32,000 bases of DNA from an uncultured archaeon (GTDB lineage Archaea > Asgardarchaeota > Thorarchaeia > Thorarchaeales > CAZPUN01): assembly GCA_964589775.1 (NCBI GenBank), contig CAZPUN010000023.1, positions 60,001-92,000 on the forward strand, read 5' to 3'. Position numbers and translations under genes: made by a program. Positions 17,473-26,729 of this stretch are shown here, in pieces. Each line of letters starts with the position of its first letter. The stretch's first letter is position 1. The notes below the pieces were generated by a model, which saw nothing but the letters and a program-made list of their open reading frames with translations, was not told the DNA's origin and did no database searches.

Positions 17473-20400
17473 TTGATAATTATGAGTTCCAGCATGACAC
17501 GAAAGAAACGAATGTCACTTGTTGCTATATTGAGTACGCTAATCTTAATTGCTTCTATTGGGTATGGTGCATATACACTAATAATATCCCAAACTCCTTT
17601 AGCTAGGAGTACGGACCCCGCAGATCCTCCTGATTCTAATTTGTATTGGAATAGAACTATTAACTGGACAGGTGGAAATGCTGGAATTTATGATAATATG
17701 TCTTATGAGAATTTACCTATGGGAGAGAATTTCAGTCTTGACGATTTTATGGATAGTTTGAATCAGACAGTATTTACGGTATATCCTATAGATCCTCCAC
17801 AATATTGGAAGAAGGATTCATATGATCGATATACAGGTAGTAATTGGCAAAAATCGACTACTTCGACTTCTCCGTTAAATCTGATTACAAGAGATGAAGT
17901 TCCTAGTTCAAGTAATATATATACAATTAGAATTAATGTAACTGCAGATGCGCCATATGGCAATATTACCCTACCCACAATTTCACCATACGCCATGATT
18001 ATTGCTGATTCACTTAGGACCGATCCTCCTAATGCACTTACGAGTTATCATTTTGAAACTGATATTTATGGTTCTGCAATTTTAGTTATGGCATTTAATA
18101 CCCGCGGTCTTATTCAGATAGCTTATAATGTTACATTTTATCCTATCGATTTATCATACATAAGTGCTCATGCTTTAGAACCCACATATACCCCAACATC
18201 TATTTCAAATCTTTTTGCGGCGCTTCCATCTGATTTACCCACTCGTGTTCGTGATAATGCAACAAATAGCAATCTTGAAGGTGATAATGCATATGAGACA
18301 GCTGTAAATGTCATGAACTATTTGCAGACTAGATTTAAATTAATTCTTTCTGGAGAACGACCTCCCGAAGGCACTGATGTTGTGGAATGGTTCTTAGACC
18401 GTGGTGGTGGTTTGGATCTTGATTTTGCAACTGCACATGTAGTATTTCTACGCTGCTTGGGTGTATCTGCACGTGTGGTTATTGGATACGGTGCTGGCGA
18501 AGTTGTGGATGGTGTAAGACAAGTAAAGATTATGCATATGCATGCGTGGTCTGAAGTTTACATTCCCTTATTCACGAATGGGACTGGCGAATGGGTTCAA
18601 TTTGAACCTACACCAATTGGTGAAATACCCTATATTTCAGATTGGGATTTACCTGAAGATGGTTTGGAAAACTCATTAAATGCAACTTTAATTGTTTCTA
18701 CAAGTTCCTTTATAGTTAGGCGTTATACTCCATTTAATATCAGTGCAACATTAAAAGTTGGAATCACTCCAATTTCTGGCCAGAACGTTGTATTTTGGGA
18801 CTATAATTCTTCACGAATTTTAGGTAGTGCAATTACCAATAGCGAAGGAGTAGCTGAAATTACAACTCAATTAACTTCTTCTGAACCATTAGGGGTTCAA
18901 TTTCTTGTTGCAAATATTAGCAATGAACAAGGAACCATTTATAATTACACGATTGTATTATTACAAGGTAGTACTAATCTTACAGACACGCCTGGCGTTA
19001 TATGGGATGCAAGTCTACCACCCTTGATTGAACCGACTTCTGGTGATGAATCTCCTGATTATTCAATTCCTGCTTCATTAGTTCCAATCGATCTCAGATT
19101 AGGTGAAAAAGGTATTCCTGTTTATCGTGGTTTAGATACTCTGAAAATCTTTGGTGTACTACAAGATTCTGATGGAAATAATATCTCTTCAGATACTACT
19201 ACAAATGATGAAATCGAAATATATTATGATGGTGTGCTTCTCGGTACAACTACGTTTGACACTAATGGATACTACGAATACATTTATGTGGTACCCAGTA
19301 ATGAGGCATTAGGCAACCATACGATTTATTCATATTATGATGGAGATTATTATACATTACCCAATGGCACTCAAGTACCTGTTATTCTCCCTACAACCTC
19401 AAAAACTACGATCATTACTGTAATGGGCGCAAATACTCTTACACTTTATTCATCATCACAATTTGTTTATATTAATGAAAATGTGACCTTTTACGGCACT
19501 TTATCTTTCGACAATGGAACACCTATGGTTGGATATCCTGTCTCTATATGGATTAATAATGGTTCATGGTATAAAATTGCTGATGTTGTAACTGATTCCA
19601 ATGGAAATTATACTTATGACTATTATATACCCATTGGTTATCCTCTAGGAACAATTTACGTATATTCCCAATTCAATTCTTCAGATCCTGCAATATCTAA
19701 TGCAACTTCACCAACTATTTCAGTGCTTGTTACAAAACACAATACAACATTTTCGATTTTCGCTGCTAATCGAGTAATTGTGGGTGAAAATCTAACTATT
19801 CAAGGGACTTTGTATTCTGATACTGGAATCCCGATTAGTAATGTACCTATTACGCTCTATTGGAACAATGGCACTGAATATCCTATTGCTACTGTAACTA
19901 CAAATTCTACTGGAGGTTATTATTTCAATTACACCGTTCCATATAATCATACCTTTGGGAACGTGTATGTTTATGCACTTTACTCAGGAAATGAAACAAT
20001 TTTTAATAATCATACTGAAATTTTGACAGTACTTGTGGATTATATTCATGTAAGTCTTACATTATATACACAATCTGATGTAGGATCCAATCGAGTAATA
20101 ATTGGACGGAACATCACAATATATGGGCATATTGAATATGAAAATGGCACAAGTATTGCATACGTAAAAATAGAAATATATTGGAATAATGGCTCCTCAT
20201 ATTATACTAATGGAACCGAATATCTTCTCGCGGCAGTCTATACAAATTCTACTGGTGATTACGTTTTCAACTATACTGTTCCATATGATCATGATTTTGG
20301 TTATGTTCAAGTTTATACGAAATATTACTCGACGGTTCGAAATGTTGGTAATGCGACTTCACCAACGTCCAATGTACTTGTTGATTACATTCATGTAAAT

Positions 20401-23031
20401 CTGACTATATCTGCCATTAGTGATTGGAGTATTAATACAACACGTGCTATTGTCAGTCATAACGTAACAATTTCTGGTATTCTGACATATGAAAATGGGA
20501 CACCCATCACTAATGCATATGTTGCAATTTATTGGAATAATGGAACTACATGGAAAATTGCAAATATAACTACTAATTCAACAGGTGGATATATTTTCAA
20601 CTATACGGTGCCTTATAATCATGCATATGTGCTTGTAAGTATCTATTCTTCTTATTTATCGCATGTGCATGTCATAGGCAATGGCACATCTACAACCGTT
20701 CAGATTCAGGTTGATTATATTCATGTAATTATCTCTCAAAATGTTGAGCCCGCATGGGGCTATACCGATACTGCAATAATAAATACGACTGTAAAGATAT
20801 CTGGCATAATTTCATTAGAAAATGGTACAGTTCTAACTGGAGTAAGTGTGAAAATCTACTGGAATAATGGAACTGATGTATTAATTTCTACTGAAACTAC
20901 CAACTTTACTGGTGGTTATTCTTTCATTTATACTGTACCATATTACCATGACTTTACAACAATCTATATCTTTACAAATTATTCTAGTTCTGATAGAATC
21001 ATAGGTAATGGTACTTCGTCATCCAAGGCTCTTACGATTGATAATTTACACACTCAAATAGATTGGAATATTAATACATTAATCACGTCAAACATCGCTC
21101 CTATTACAAGCTATGTTAATATTAGTGGTACTTTAAGTTTAACAAATGGTACAATACTATCAAATAAGCCAATCCAAATTTGTTGGAATAATGGAACTGA
21201 AGTTGTAATTCAAACAATTTATACAGAATCTGATGGCAGTTTCTCATATGATTACAAAATTCCATATGATCATACTTTTAGTAATGTTCAAGTATATGTT
21301 CGTTTTGTTTCTTATGATCGACTATATGCAAATGTATCTTCATCAAGCTCAACAGTATTTGTTAGAAATTATCAAACACAAGTCACATTAAGCATATCTG
21401 AATCTACTGTTTATCCTAGTGATTCAATTTACTTTACAGGACGTTTATTGCTTAGTTATAATAGCAGTCCGCTTTCTAATATGCTTGTTCGCATTTATGC
21501 CGGTGATACGAGTTCTCCACACTTGCTTGCCAGCGGGTATACTAATAGTACTGGATATTATACCATATCATTTACAATACCTACTAGTGTAACAAGGGGT
21601 GATTATAACATTTGGGCAAACTTTACTTCAAGTGATCGCTTATATAATGCAACCCTAAGTTCATTAAATGTATTAACAATAAGAAAGCAAGCCACACTAA
21701 CTTTAACAATTAAAGATACGGCTCTTCGTAATTCTGTATTTTATATTGCGGGCCAAATTTTAGATTCCAATGGGAATCCAGAAGCGTACGCTCATGTTGA
21801 ATTAAGTATTCAACCCATGGGCTGGACCGGTTCTGCTACTACAGATTCTACTGGTTCATTCAATATTTCGTTAAATATACCAGATACTGCCAGTGGTCTT
21901 CAAACAGTCGAAGGATATGTTCCACCATCTACATATCTTGACGTATCCAATGTAACCAAAACATTTCAAATAGTTATTGCGACCACATTAAATGTTGAAA
22001 TAGATTCATCTCATTCATATTATTCTCAGGAGAATTTACAAATTTCTGGTGTTTTACGCGATGAAGACGGTAATTCTATAGCATCAAAACAAATTTATGT
22101 ATATATTGGGTCTTCAATAAGTGTAACAGCAAATACAAATAGTTCTGGTGGATTTAATTTTGATATTTCCCTATCTAGTATTACTGAAAATGGAATCTAC
22201 ACAATTACCGTTTCATTTGCTGGTGACACGAATTATATTGAAGCCAATTATACTGTTCAAATTCATATCTTCATTGCAGCACAAATATCAATGGAATCTG
22301 TTCCAAACAGTAATTTACAAACCGGCGAGCCTGTTGTGTTTATGGGACGTCTTCTTGATACTAGTTCAAATCCCATTGTGAATCGTGAAGTATCTTTCTA
22401 TGTAAACAATTCACTTATTCATTCGGTATACACGAATAGTTCTGGATACTTTACGTTTTCGTACACAGTACCCACTACATTAGAAAGTGGACACGTACTT
22501 GTTGATATACGCTCAGTTGCTAATACACAATATGAAGCAACCTTTAATATTGTTTCAAACAATAATAATAATAATACAACCCCTGGGGGTGGATCAATCC
22601 TGCAAATAAGTAATTTATTACCCTATATTGGACTTGGAGCTTTCATAGTTGTCCTCTTAATATATTACTTTATGGTTTATAGAACTGCAAAGCCAAAGGA
22701 AGTTGTACTTGACATTCCTGCAAAGCTAAGAAACATTAAGCGGCTGGCAGATGCAGGTCAATATTCAGAGGCTATCTCATTGGCATATCAGACTTTCGAG
22801 TTAATGGCTGAACGTACAACCGGAATTAAGCGTGCATCTCATCAGACAGCACGTGAATATCTTGAAACTGTTCTAAAAGAACTGCCAATTTCGAAAGACA
22901 TGATTATGCCGTTTCTCTCATACTATGAAGAGGCTCGATTTAGTAATCATACCATTACAAAAGAGCACTATGATAACGCTATTAGATTATTCACAGAAAT
23001 ATATCCACGTATTTCGGGAGGCACTGCATAG
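17473..23031 (+). CDS. Giant surface protein: N-terminal signal/TM, transglutaminase-like domain (Cys->Asp), ~12 Ig-like repeats, TM, DUF4129-like tail
   Basis: YWKKDSYDRYTGSNW; GLDLDFATA..LR.LG..AR.V.GY; HAWSEVY; WVQFEPTP; C-terminal QTAREY...YEEARFS.H. The start may instead be ATG 17482. Confidence 0.85.
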   Translation: MIIMSSSMTRKKRMSLVAILSTLILIASIGYGAYTLIISQTPLARSTDPADPPDSNLYWNRTINWTGGNAGIYDNMSYENLPMGENFSLDDFMDSLNQTVFTVYPIDPPQYWKKDSYDRYTGSNWQKSTTSTSPLNLITRDEVPSSSNIYTIRINVTADAPYGNITLPTISPYAMIIADSLRTDPPNALTSYHFETDIYGSAILVMAFNTRGLIQIAYNVTFYPIDLSYISAHALEPTYTPTSISNLFAALPSDLPTRVRDNATNSNLEGDNAYETAVNVMNYLQTRFKLILSGERPPEGTDVVEWFLDRGGGLDLDFATAHVVFLRCLGVSARVVIGYGAGEVVDGVRQVKIMHMHAWSEVYIPLFTNGTGEWVQFEPTPIGEIPYISDWDLPEDGLENSLNATLIVSTSSFIVRRYTPFNISATLKVGITPISGQNVVFWDYNSSRILGSAITNSEGVAEITTQLTSSEPLGVQFLVANISNEQGTIYNYTIVLLQGSTNLTDTPGVIWDASLPPLIEPTSGDESPDYSIPASLVPIDLRLGEKGIPVYRGLDTLKIFGVLQDSDGNNISSDTTTNDEIEIYYDGVLLGTTTFDTNGYYEYIYVVPSNEALGNHTIYSYYDGDYYTLPNGTQVPVILPTTSKTTIITVMGANTLTLYSSSQFVYINENVTFYGTLSFDNGTPMVGYPVSIWINNGSWYKIADVVTDSNGNYTYDYYIPIGYPLGTIYVYSQFNSSDPAISNATSPTISVLVTKHNTTFSIFAANRVIVGENLTIQGTLYSDTGIPISNVPITLYWNNGTEYPIATVTTNSTGGYYFNYTVPYNHTFGNVYVYALYSGNETIFNNHTEILTVLVDYIHVSLTLYTQSDVGSNRVIIGRNITIYGHIEYENGTSIAYVKIEIYWNNGSSYYTNGTEYLLAAVYTNSTGDYVFNYTVPYDHDFGYVQVYTKYYSTVRNVGNATSPTSNVLVDYIHVNLTISAISDWSINTTRAIVSHNVTISGILTYENGTPITNAYVAIYWNNGTTWKIANITTNSTGGYIFNYTVPYNHAYVLVSIYSSYLSHVHVIGNGTSTTVQIQVDYIHVIISQNVEPAWGYTDTAIINTTVKISGIISLENGTVLTGVSVKIYWNNGTDVLISTETTNFTGGYSFIYTVPYYHDFTTIYIFTNYSSSDRIIGNGTSSSKALTIDNLHTQIDWNINTLITSNIAPITSYVNISGTLSLTNGTILSNKPIQICWNNGTEVVIQTIYTESDGSFSYDYKIPYDHTFSNVQVYVRFVSYDRLYANVSSSSSTVFVRNYQTQVTLSISESTVYPSDSIYFTGRLLLSYNSSPLSNMLVRIYAGDTSSPHLLASGYTNSTGYYTISFTIPTSVTRGDYNIWANFTSSDRLYNATLSSLNVLTIRKQATLTLTIKDTALRNSVFYIAGQILDSNGNPEAYAHVELSIQPMGWTGSATTDSTGSFNISLNIPDTASGLQTVEGYVPPSTYLDVSNVTKTFQIVIATTLNVEIDSSHSYYSQENLQISGVLRDEDGNSIASKQIYVYIGSSISVTANTNSSGGFNFDISLSSITENGIYTITVSFAGDTNYIEANYTVQIHIFIAAQISMESVPNSNLQTGEPVVFMGRLLDTSSNPIVNREVSFYVNNSLIHSVYTNSSGYFTFSYTVPTTLESGHVLVDIRSVANTQYEATFNIVSNNNNNNTTPGGGSILQISNLLPYIGLGAFIVVLLIYYFMVYRTAKPKEVVLDIPAKLRNIKRLADAGQYSEAISLAYQTFELMAERTTGIKRASHQTAREYLETVLKELPISKDMIMPFLSYYEEARFSNHTITKEHYDNAIRLFTEIYPRISGGTA
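18715..22550 (+). repeat. About 12 degenerate ~100-110-aa beta-rich intragenic repeats
   Basis: Consensus xIxGxL..xNGTPI....V.IYWNNGT...TTNSTG.Y.FNYTVP. WNNG codons start at 19861, 20182, 20533, 20860 and 21184 (spacing 321-351 nt). Boundaries approximate. Confidence 0.8.
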
Positions 23032-24386
23032 TGAATATAAAAGGCGTCGCGCAATTGTTAATCTTTATGCTATCTTGGCTACCAATTATCATGATTGCGA
23101 CAGGTGTAAATGTCACTCCAACATTTCCATACTCAATTTACAATTCGCAATGGAACGGTTTGAGTGATTTCAAAACTGAGCTTGAAAATGAAGGCTACAC
23201 TGTACGGCCAATCTTTTCAACAATTGATATTGCGAGTCGATACCATGGCGACGCCGTATTAGTAATTATCGGCCCTGTCATGCCCTTTGTTGAATCCGCT
23301 ACGTTAGGTTTATGGGCGCATCTTTCTCAAGGTGGCGGTGTTCTTATTGCGGATGATTTCGGGAGTGCCAATAATTCGTTGGCTCCGCTTAATGCTTTAT
23401 TCATGAGTGCTGCAAGCGCCCATGGTGGATTACCAAGTGGGATCAAGTCTCTCATTTCATTCGAAGGCGGAATACTTTATGATATTGATTCATATGACGA
23501 ATATCCAACACATCCTGTAATTACAAATATTGCCTCTGATAATCCCATTATGCAAGGTGTAACTTCAATAGAATTAAATCGAGCTACGGCACTTAAACAC
23601 AATTCATTAATTAACCTAAATGGTATTGCACGTACGACTCAAAGGTCCTGGTGTGATAGGAACGGTGATGAGTTTCCGAATGAAAACGAAGTTGCAGGTC
23701 TTCTTTCTGTTGTAGGTGTTATTCCTCGAATGGCACCCCTACTAAATGGTTCTATTGTTGTAACATCTGACCCCGACATCTTTACTAATGATGGTCTTAC
23801 TAAAGCTGATAATAATAGATTTGCACTGAATGTAATTGATTATCTTGCTGATTATAATCATAGTAAGACAATACTATTCGCAGAAAATCTATTACAGTGG
23901 CCACCCTATTCTCCTGAATATATCTATGGTGCGATTTTAGGTAAAGTAACTGGATTCTCGACAAATGCTATCATAGCTCCATTATTTCCAATTCTTGCAG
24001 CGTTTACTGTTAAACGCTGGATTCCCGAGGTTAAGCCACCTGAAGTAAAACGAATGACTGAAATATTCCAAACAAAAAGTGAGACATTCTTCACTACAAC
24101 ATTAGAAGCGTATAAACTTAGTAAAGACTATGTAAAAGCAATTAAAATGTTAGTTCGAAAGCTCAAGCGTGATCTAATGCGGCGAAGGTCTATAGATGTG
24201 TTTAAAGCTGCTGAAATCTACACGATCTTACAAGACAAAGGTCCATCAATGGATGAAAAGCAATTTAATAAATTATGGGAAAAGCTTATGGACGTTCTAA
24301 ATAATAAAGTTTCGAAGTTAGAAGATGACGATTTCCTTGAATTGTTCTTCTTTATTAAAAATATTGAATATGCTCTATATGCATAA
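23031..24386 (+). CDS. DUF4350-like membrane-anchored protein
   Basis: YSIYNSQWNGLS, GGGVLIADDFG, IVVTSDPDIFTN...N..FA. GTG start overlaps the upstream TAG; typical MoxR-operon context. Confidence 0.75.
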   Translation: MNIKGVAQLLIFMLSWLPIIMIATGVNVTPTFPYSIYNSQWNGLSDFKTELENEGYTVRPIFSTIDIASRYHGDAVLVIIGPVMPFVESATLGLWAHLSQGGGVLIADDFGSANNSLAPLNALFMSAASAHGGLPSGIKSLISFEGGILYDIDSYDEYPTHPVITNIASDNPIMQGVTSIELNRATALKHNSLINLNGIARTTQRSWCDRNGDEFPNENEVAGLLSVVGVIPRMAPLLNGSIVVTSDPDIFTNDGLTKADNNRFALNVIDYLADYNHSKTILFAENLLQWPPYSPEYIYGAILGKVTGFSTNAIIAPLFPILAAFTVKRWIPEVKPPEVKRMTEIFQTKSETFFTTTLEAYKLSKDYVKAIKMLVRKLKRDLMRRRSIDVFKAAEIYTILQDKGPSMDEKQFNKLWEKLMDVLNNKVSKLEDDDFLELFFFIKNIEYALYA

Positions 24387-24425
24387 AAAATACTGGAGGT
24401 ACCCAAACTGAGTGATTCGGATATA

Positions 24426-25394
24426 ATGAGCCCAAAAGAAGCTGCATCACTTGAACTTGATGTAAAAGAAGTTCAAAGACGCGGCCAAGAAATTATAAGT
24501 GAAGTTCAAAGACTAATTGTTGGAAAAAGCAACATACTTAATGATATTTTAATTGCGCTACTTGCGAAGGGGCATGTAGTGCTTGAAGGTGTTCCAGGAC
24601 TTGCAAAGACATACATGGCAAACACATTTGCAAAGATTCTGGGATGTGCTTTTAAGAGAATTCAAATGACTGTAGACACATTACCTGCAGACATTGTAGG
24701 TTCAAATGTTTACAACCAAGCAACTGGTGAGTTCTGGTTTAGAGAAGGCCCAGTGTTTGCAAATATCGTTCTAGCGGATGAAATTAATCGAGCACCACCC
24801 AAAACACAATCTGCACTTCTAGAAGTCATGGAAGAAAAGCAAGTAAGTATCGAAGGTGTAACCCGTAAATTACCGCGCCCGTTCATTGTCATTGCTACTA
24901 TGAACCCTGTCGAGCAGGAAGGTACTTATCCTCTGCCAGAGGCACAACTTGACCGATTCATGTATCGTTTGATACTTGATTATCCCAAACCCGAAGAAGA
25001 GGTTGAAATCTTAAGACGCAAAGACATGGGAACCAGATTGTCCGTACGTGTATTGGCAAATCCTGAAATTATTATTGCAATGCAAAAAACAGTTGAAAAC
25101 GTATTTATTGATGATGATGTCAAAGAGTACATTCGAGATTTGATCGTACGTACTCGAAATGATGCCCAAATAATACTTGGTGGCAGTCCTCGTGCGTCAA
25201 TTGTTCTAATGAATGGTGGAAAAGCTCATGCTGCTTTAGAAGGTCGCGATTATGTTATACCTGAAGATATTCGCGCTTTGGCTGTACAAGCATTGAATCA
25301 TAGATTGATTTTGAAGCCTGAAGCCGAACTTGAAGGAATTACTGTACGAAAGGTGATTGAACGTATACTTAGAGAAATTGATGTTCCTAAATGA
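24426..25394 (+). CDS. moxR: MoxR-family AAA+ ATPase
   Basis: GHVVLEGVPGLAKT (Walker A), RIQMT.D.LP.DI.G, ADEINRAPPKTQSALLE, NPVEQEGTYPLPEAQLDRF, SPRA. Confidence 0.95.
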   Translation: MSPKEAASLELDVKEVQRRGQEIISEVQRLIVGKSNILNDILIALLAKGHVVLEGVPGLAKTYMANTFAKILGCAFKRIQMTVDTLPADIVGSNVYNQATGEFWFREGPVFANIVLADEINRAPPKTQSALLEVMEEKQVSIEGVTRKLPRPFIVIATMNPVEQEGTYPLPEAQLDRFMYRLILDYPKPEEEVEILRRKDMGTRLSVRVLANPEIIIAMQKTVENVFIDDDVKEYIRDLIVRTRNDAQIILGGSPRASIVLMNGGKAHAALEGRDYVIPEDIRALAVQALNHRLILKPEAELEGITVRKVIERILREIDVPK

Positions 25395-25409
25395 TCGGAG
25401 GTTAAATAA

Positions 25410-26729
25410 ATGTTAACGCGAAGAGGCGCATTTGTAGCATTAGCTGGCTCTACATTACTAGCATCTGGATTTGCGTTTGTGAACTATTACATGTTGTTGA
25501 TTGGAACTTTTTTGATATTTGGACTAGTGTTTAGTCTTCCACTCTTCGCGTTAACAGCGCATGTAAGTGGAATTGAAGTAGAACGAATCCTAGATAAAAA
25601 CAAGGTCTTTGCTGGAGACTTTATTCACGTAAAGGTCAAGGTGAAAAACAAATCCCATAGAATGTTTGACTTCATAGAAATCTATGATGCATATCCAGAA
25701 GTGTGGGTGCTTGCATTAGGCGATAATGGAATTGCAACACGACTGGAGCCTGGTAAGGAATCATCTTTCTCATATATTGTCCAGTGTCGTGTTAGAGGCG
25801 AATATAAAATTGGTCCAACCACTGTAATACTAAAAGATCGTATGGGCTTCCATTATTACAAGAGAGAGATTCGTGCACATACTGAGGTTCTCGTTTACCC
25901 AACCTACAAGGATGTCAGAAAGATGCAAGCTTTGGGACCAAAGAGACAGTTGGGTATATTGTTTGGTGCTCATAGAACTCGTGTAGTTGGTATGGGTAGT
26001 GACTTCTATGGATTCAAACTTTACACAGTTGGCGATCCATTTAGGCTGATTGACTGGAAAGTCTCAGCAAAGCGTGGTAAGGCATATGTCAAGCAATTTG
26101 AATCTGAAAAGAATGTACGTGTTGTTATTTTTGTTGATAGTAGTGGATCTATGGGTAATGGTTATCCTGAAAATACGAAACTAGAATATGCAATACGTGC
26201 AGCGGTTCTTCTAGCACATTTTGCTATTGAGCGTCGCGATCCTGTTGGTGTTGTTGTATTCTCTGATACTGTACATCAATGGGTACCTCCATCTTATGTT
26301 CGAGACCATATTTACAAAATATTAGACGCACTTGCAATGGCAAAAGCTAGAGGTGGTTCTGATTATGTATCTGCTGTCGAATATGTAAACAAAAAGTTAA
26401 CAAAGCGTGCATTCTTTATGTTTCTAACTGACCTTGAAGAATCTACTTCTGACATTGCCGATGCTATCAAGAAATCTATTGCATTTGGGCATCATGCAAT
26501 TGTAATTTCGCCATTTGGTCCGTGGTTTGAAGTTCCTATTGGTGAATTTGATCCCGTAGATAAGGCGCTTGCAGAGGCTGTGTCTGAAGAATTATATCAA
26601 CGTAGAATGGAGATCGCGCGTATTTTATCCAATTTTGGGGTTCCTACGATAAATGTTGGTCCCGAGGACTTTCTGCCTACGGTTCTAAAAGAGTTCTTGA
26701 AGGCAAAACAAAGAGGAGTGGTAATGTAA
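25410..26729 (+). CDS. DUF58 / vWA-domain protein with two N-terminal TM helices
   Basis: RGEY..GP....D..G, VYP, Y..GD..R.IDWK.SA, MIDAS DSSGSM, KLEYA, LTD. Confidence 0.9.
   Translation: MLTRRGAFVALAGSTLLASGFAFVNYYMLLIGTFLIFGLVFSLPLFALTAHVSGIEVERILDKNKVFAGDFIHVKVKVKNKSHRMFDFIEIYDAYPEVWVLALGDNGIATRLEPGKESSFSYIVQCRVRGEYKIGPTTVILKDRMGFHYYKREIRAHTEVLVYPTYKDVRKMQALGPKRQLGILFGAHRTRVVGMGSDFYGFKLYTVGDPFRLIDWKVSAKRGKAYVKQFESEKNVRVVIFVDSSGSMGNGYPENTKLEYAIRAAVLLAHFAIERRDPVGVVVFSDTVHQWVPPSYVRDHIYKILDALAMAKARGGSDYVSAVEYVNKKLTKRAFFMFLTDLEESTSDIADAIKKSIAFGHHAIVISPFGPWFEVPIGEFDPVDKALAEAVSEELYQRRMEIARILSNFGVPTINVGPEDFLPTVLKEFLKAKQRGVVM

Noticed and set aside
18415-18417. Selenocysteine or recoding at the transglutaminase nucleophile
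   Set aside because: The codon is GAT, not TGA.
19861-21200. Periodic TGGAA(T/C)AATGG repeats as CRISPR or DGR repeats
   Set aside because: They are in-frame WNNG codons of protein repeats 321-351 nt apart; no cas or reverse transcriptase gene is present.
22558-22575. AAC(AAT)5 run encoding Asn6 as a phase-variation tract
   Set aside because: A triplet unit cannot shift frame; it fits a flexible linker before the TM anchor.
24426-25394. AAA+ ATPase as the missing Vps4 of the ESCRT locus
   Set aside because: It has clear MoxR signatures, no MIT domain, its own vWA partner and lies 12 kb away.
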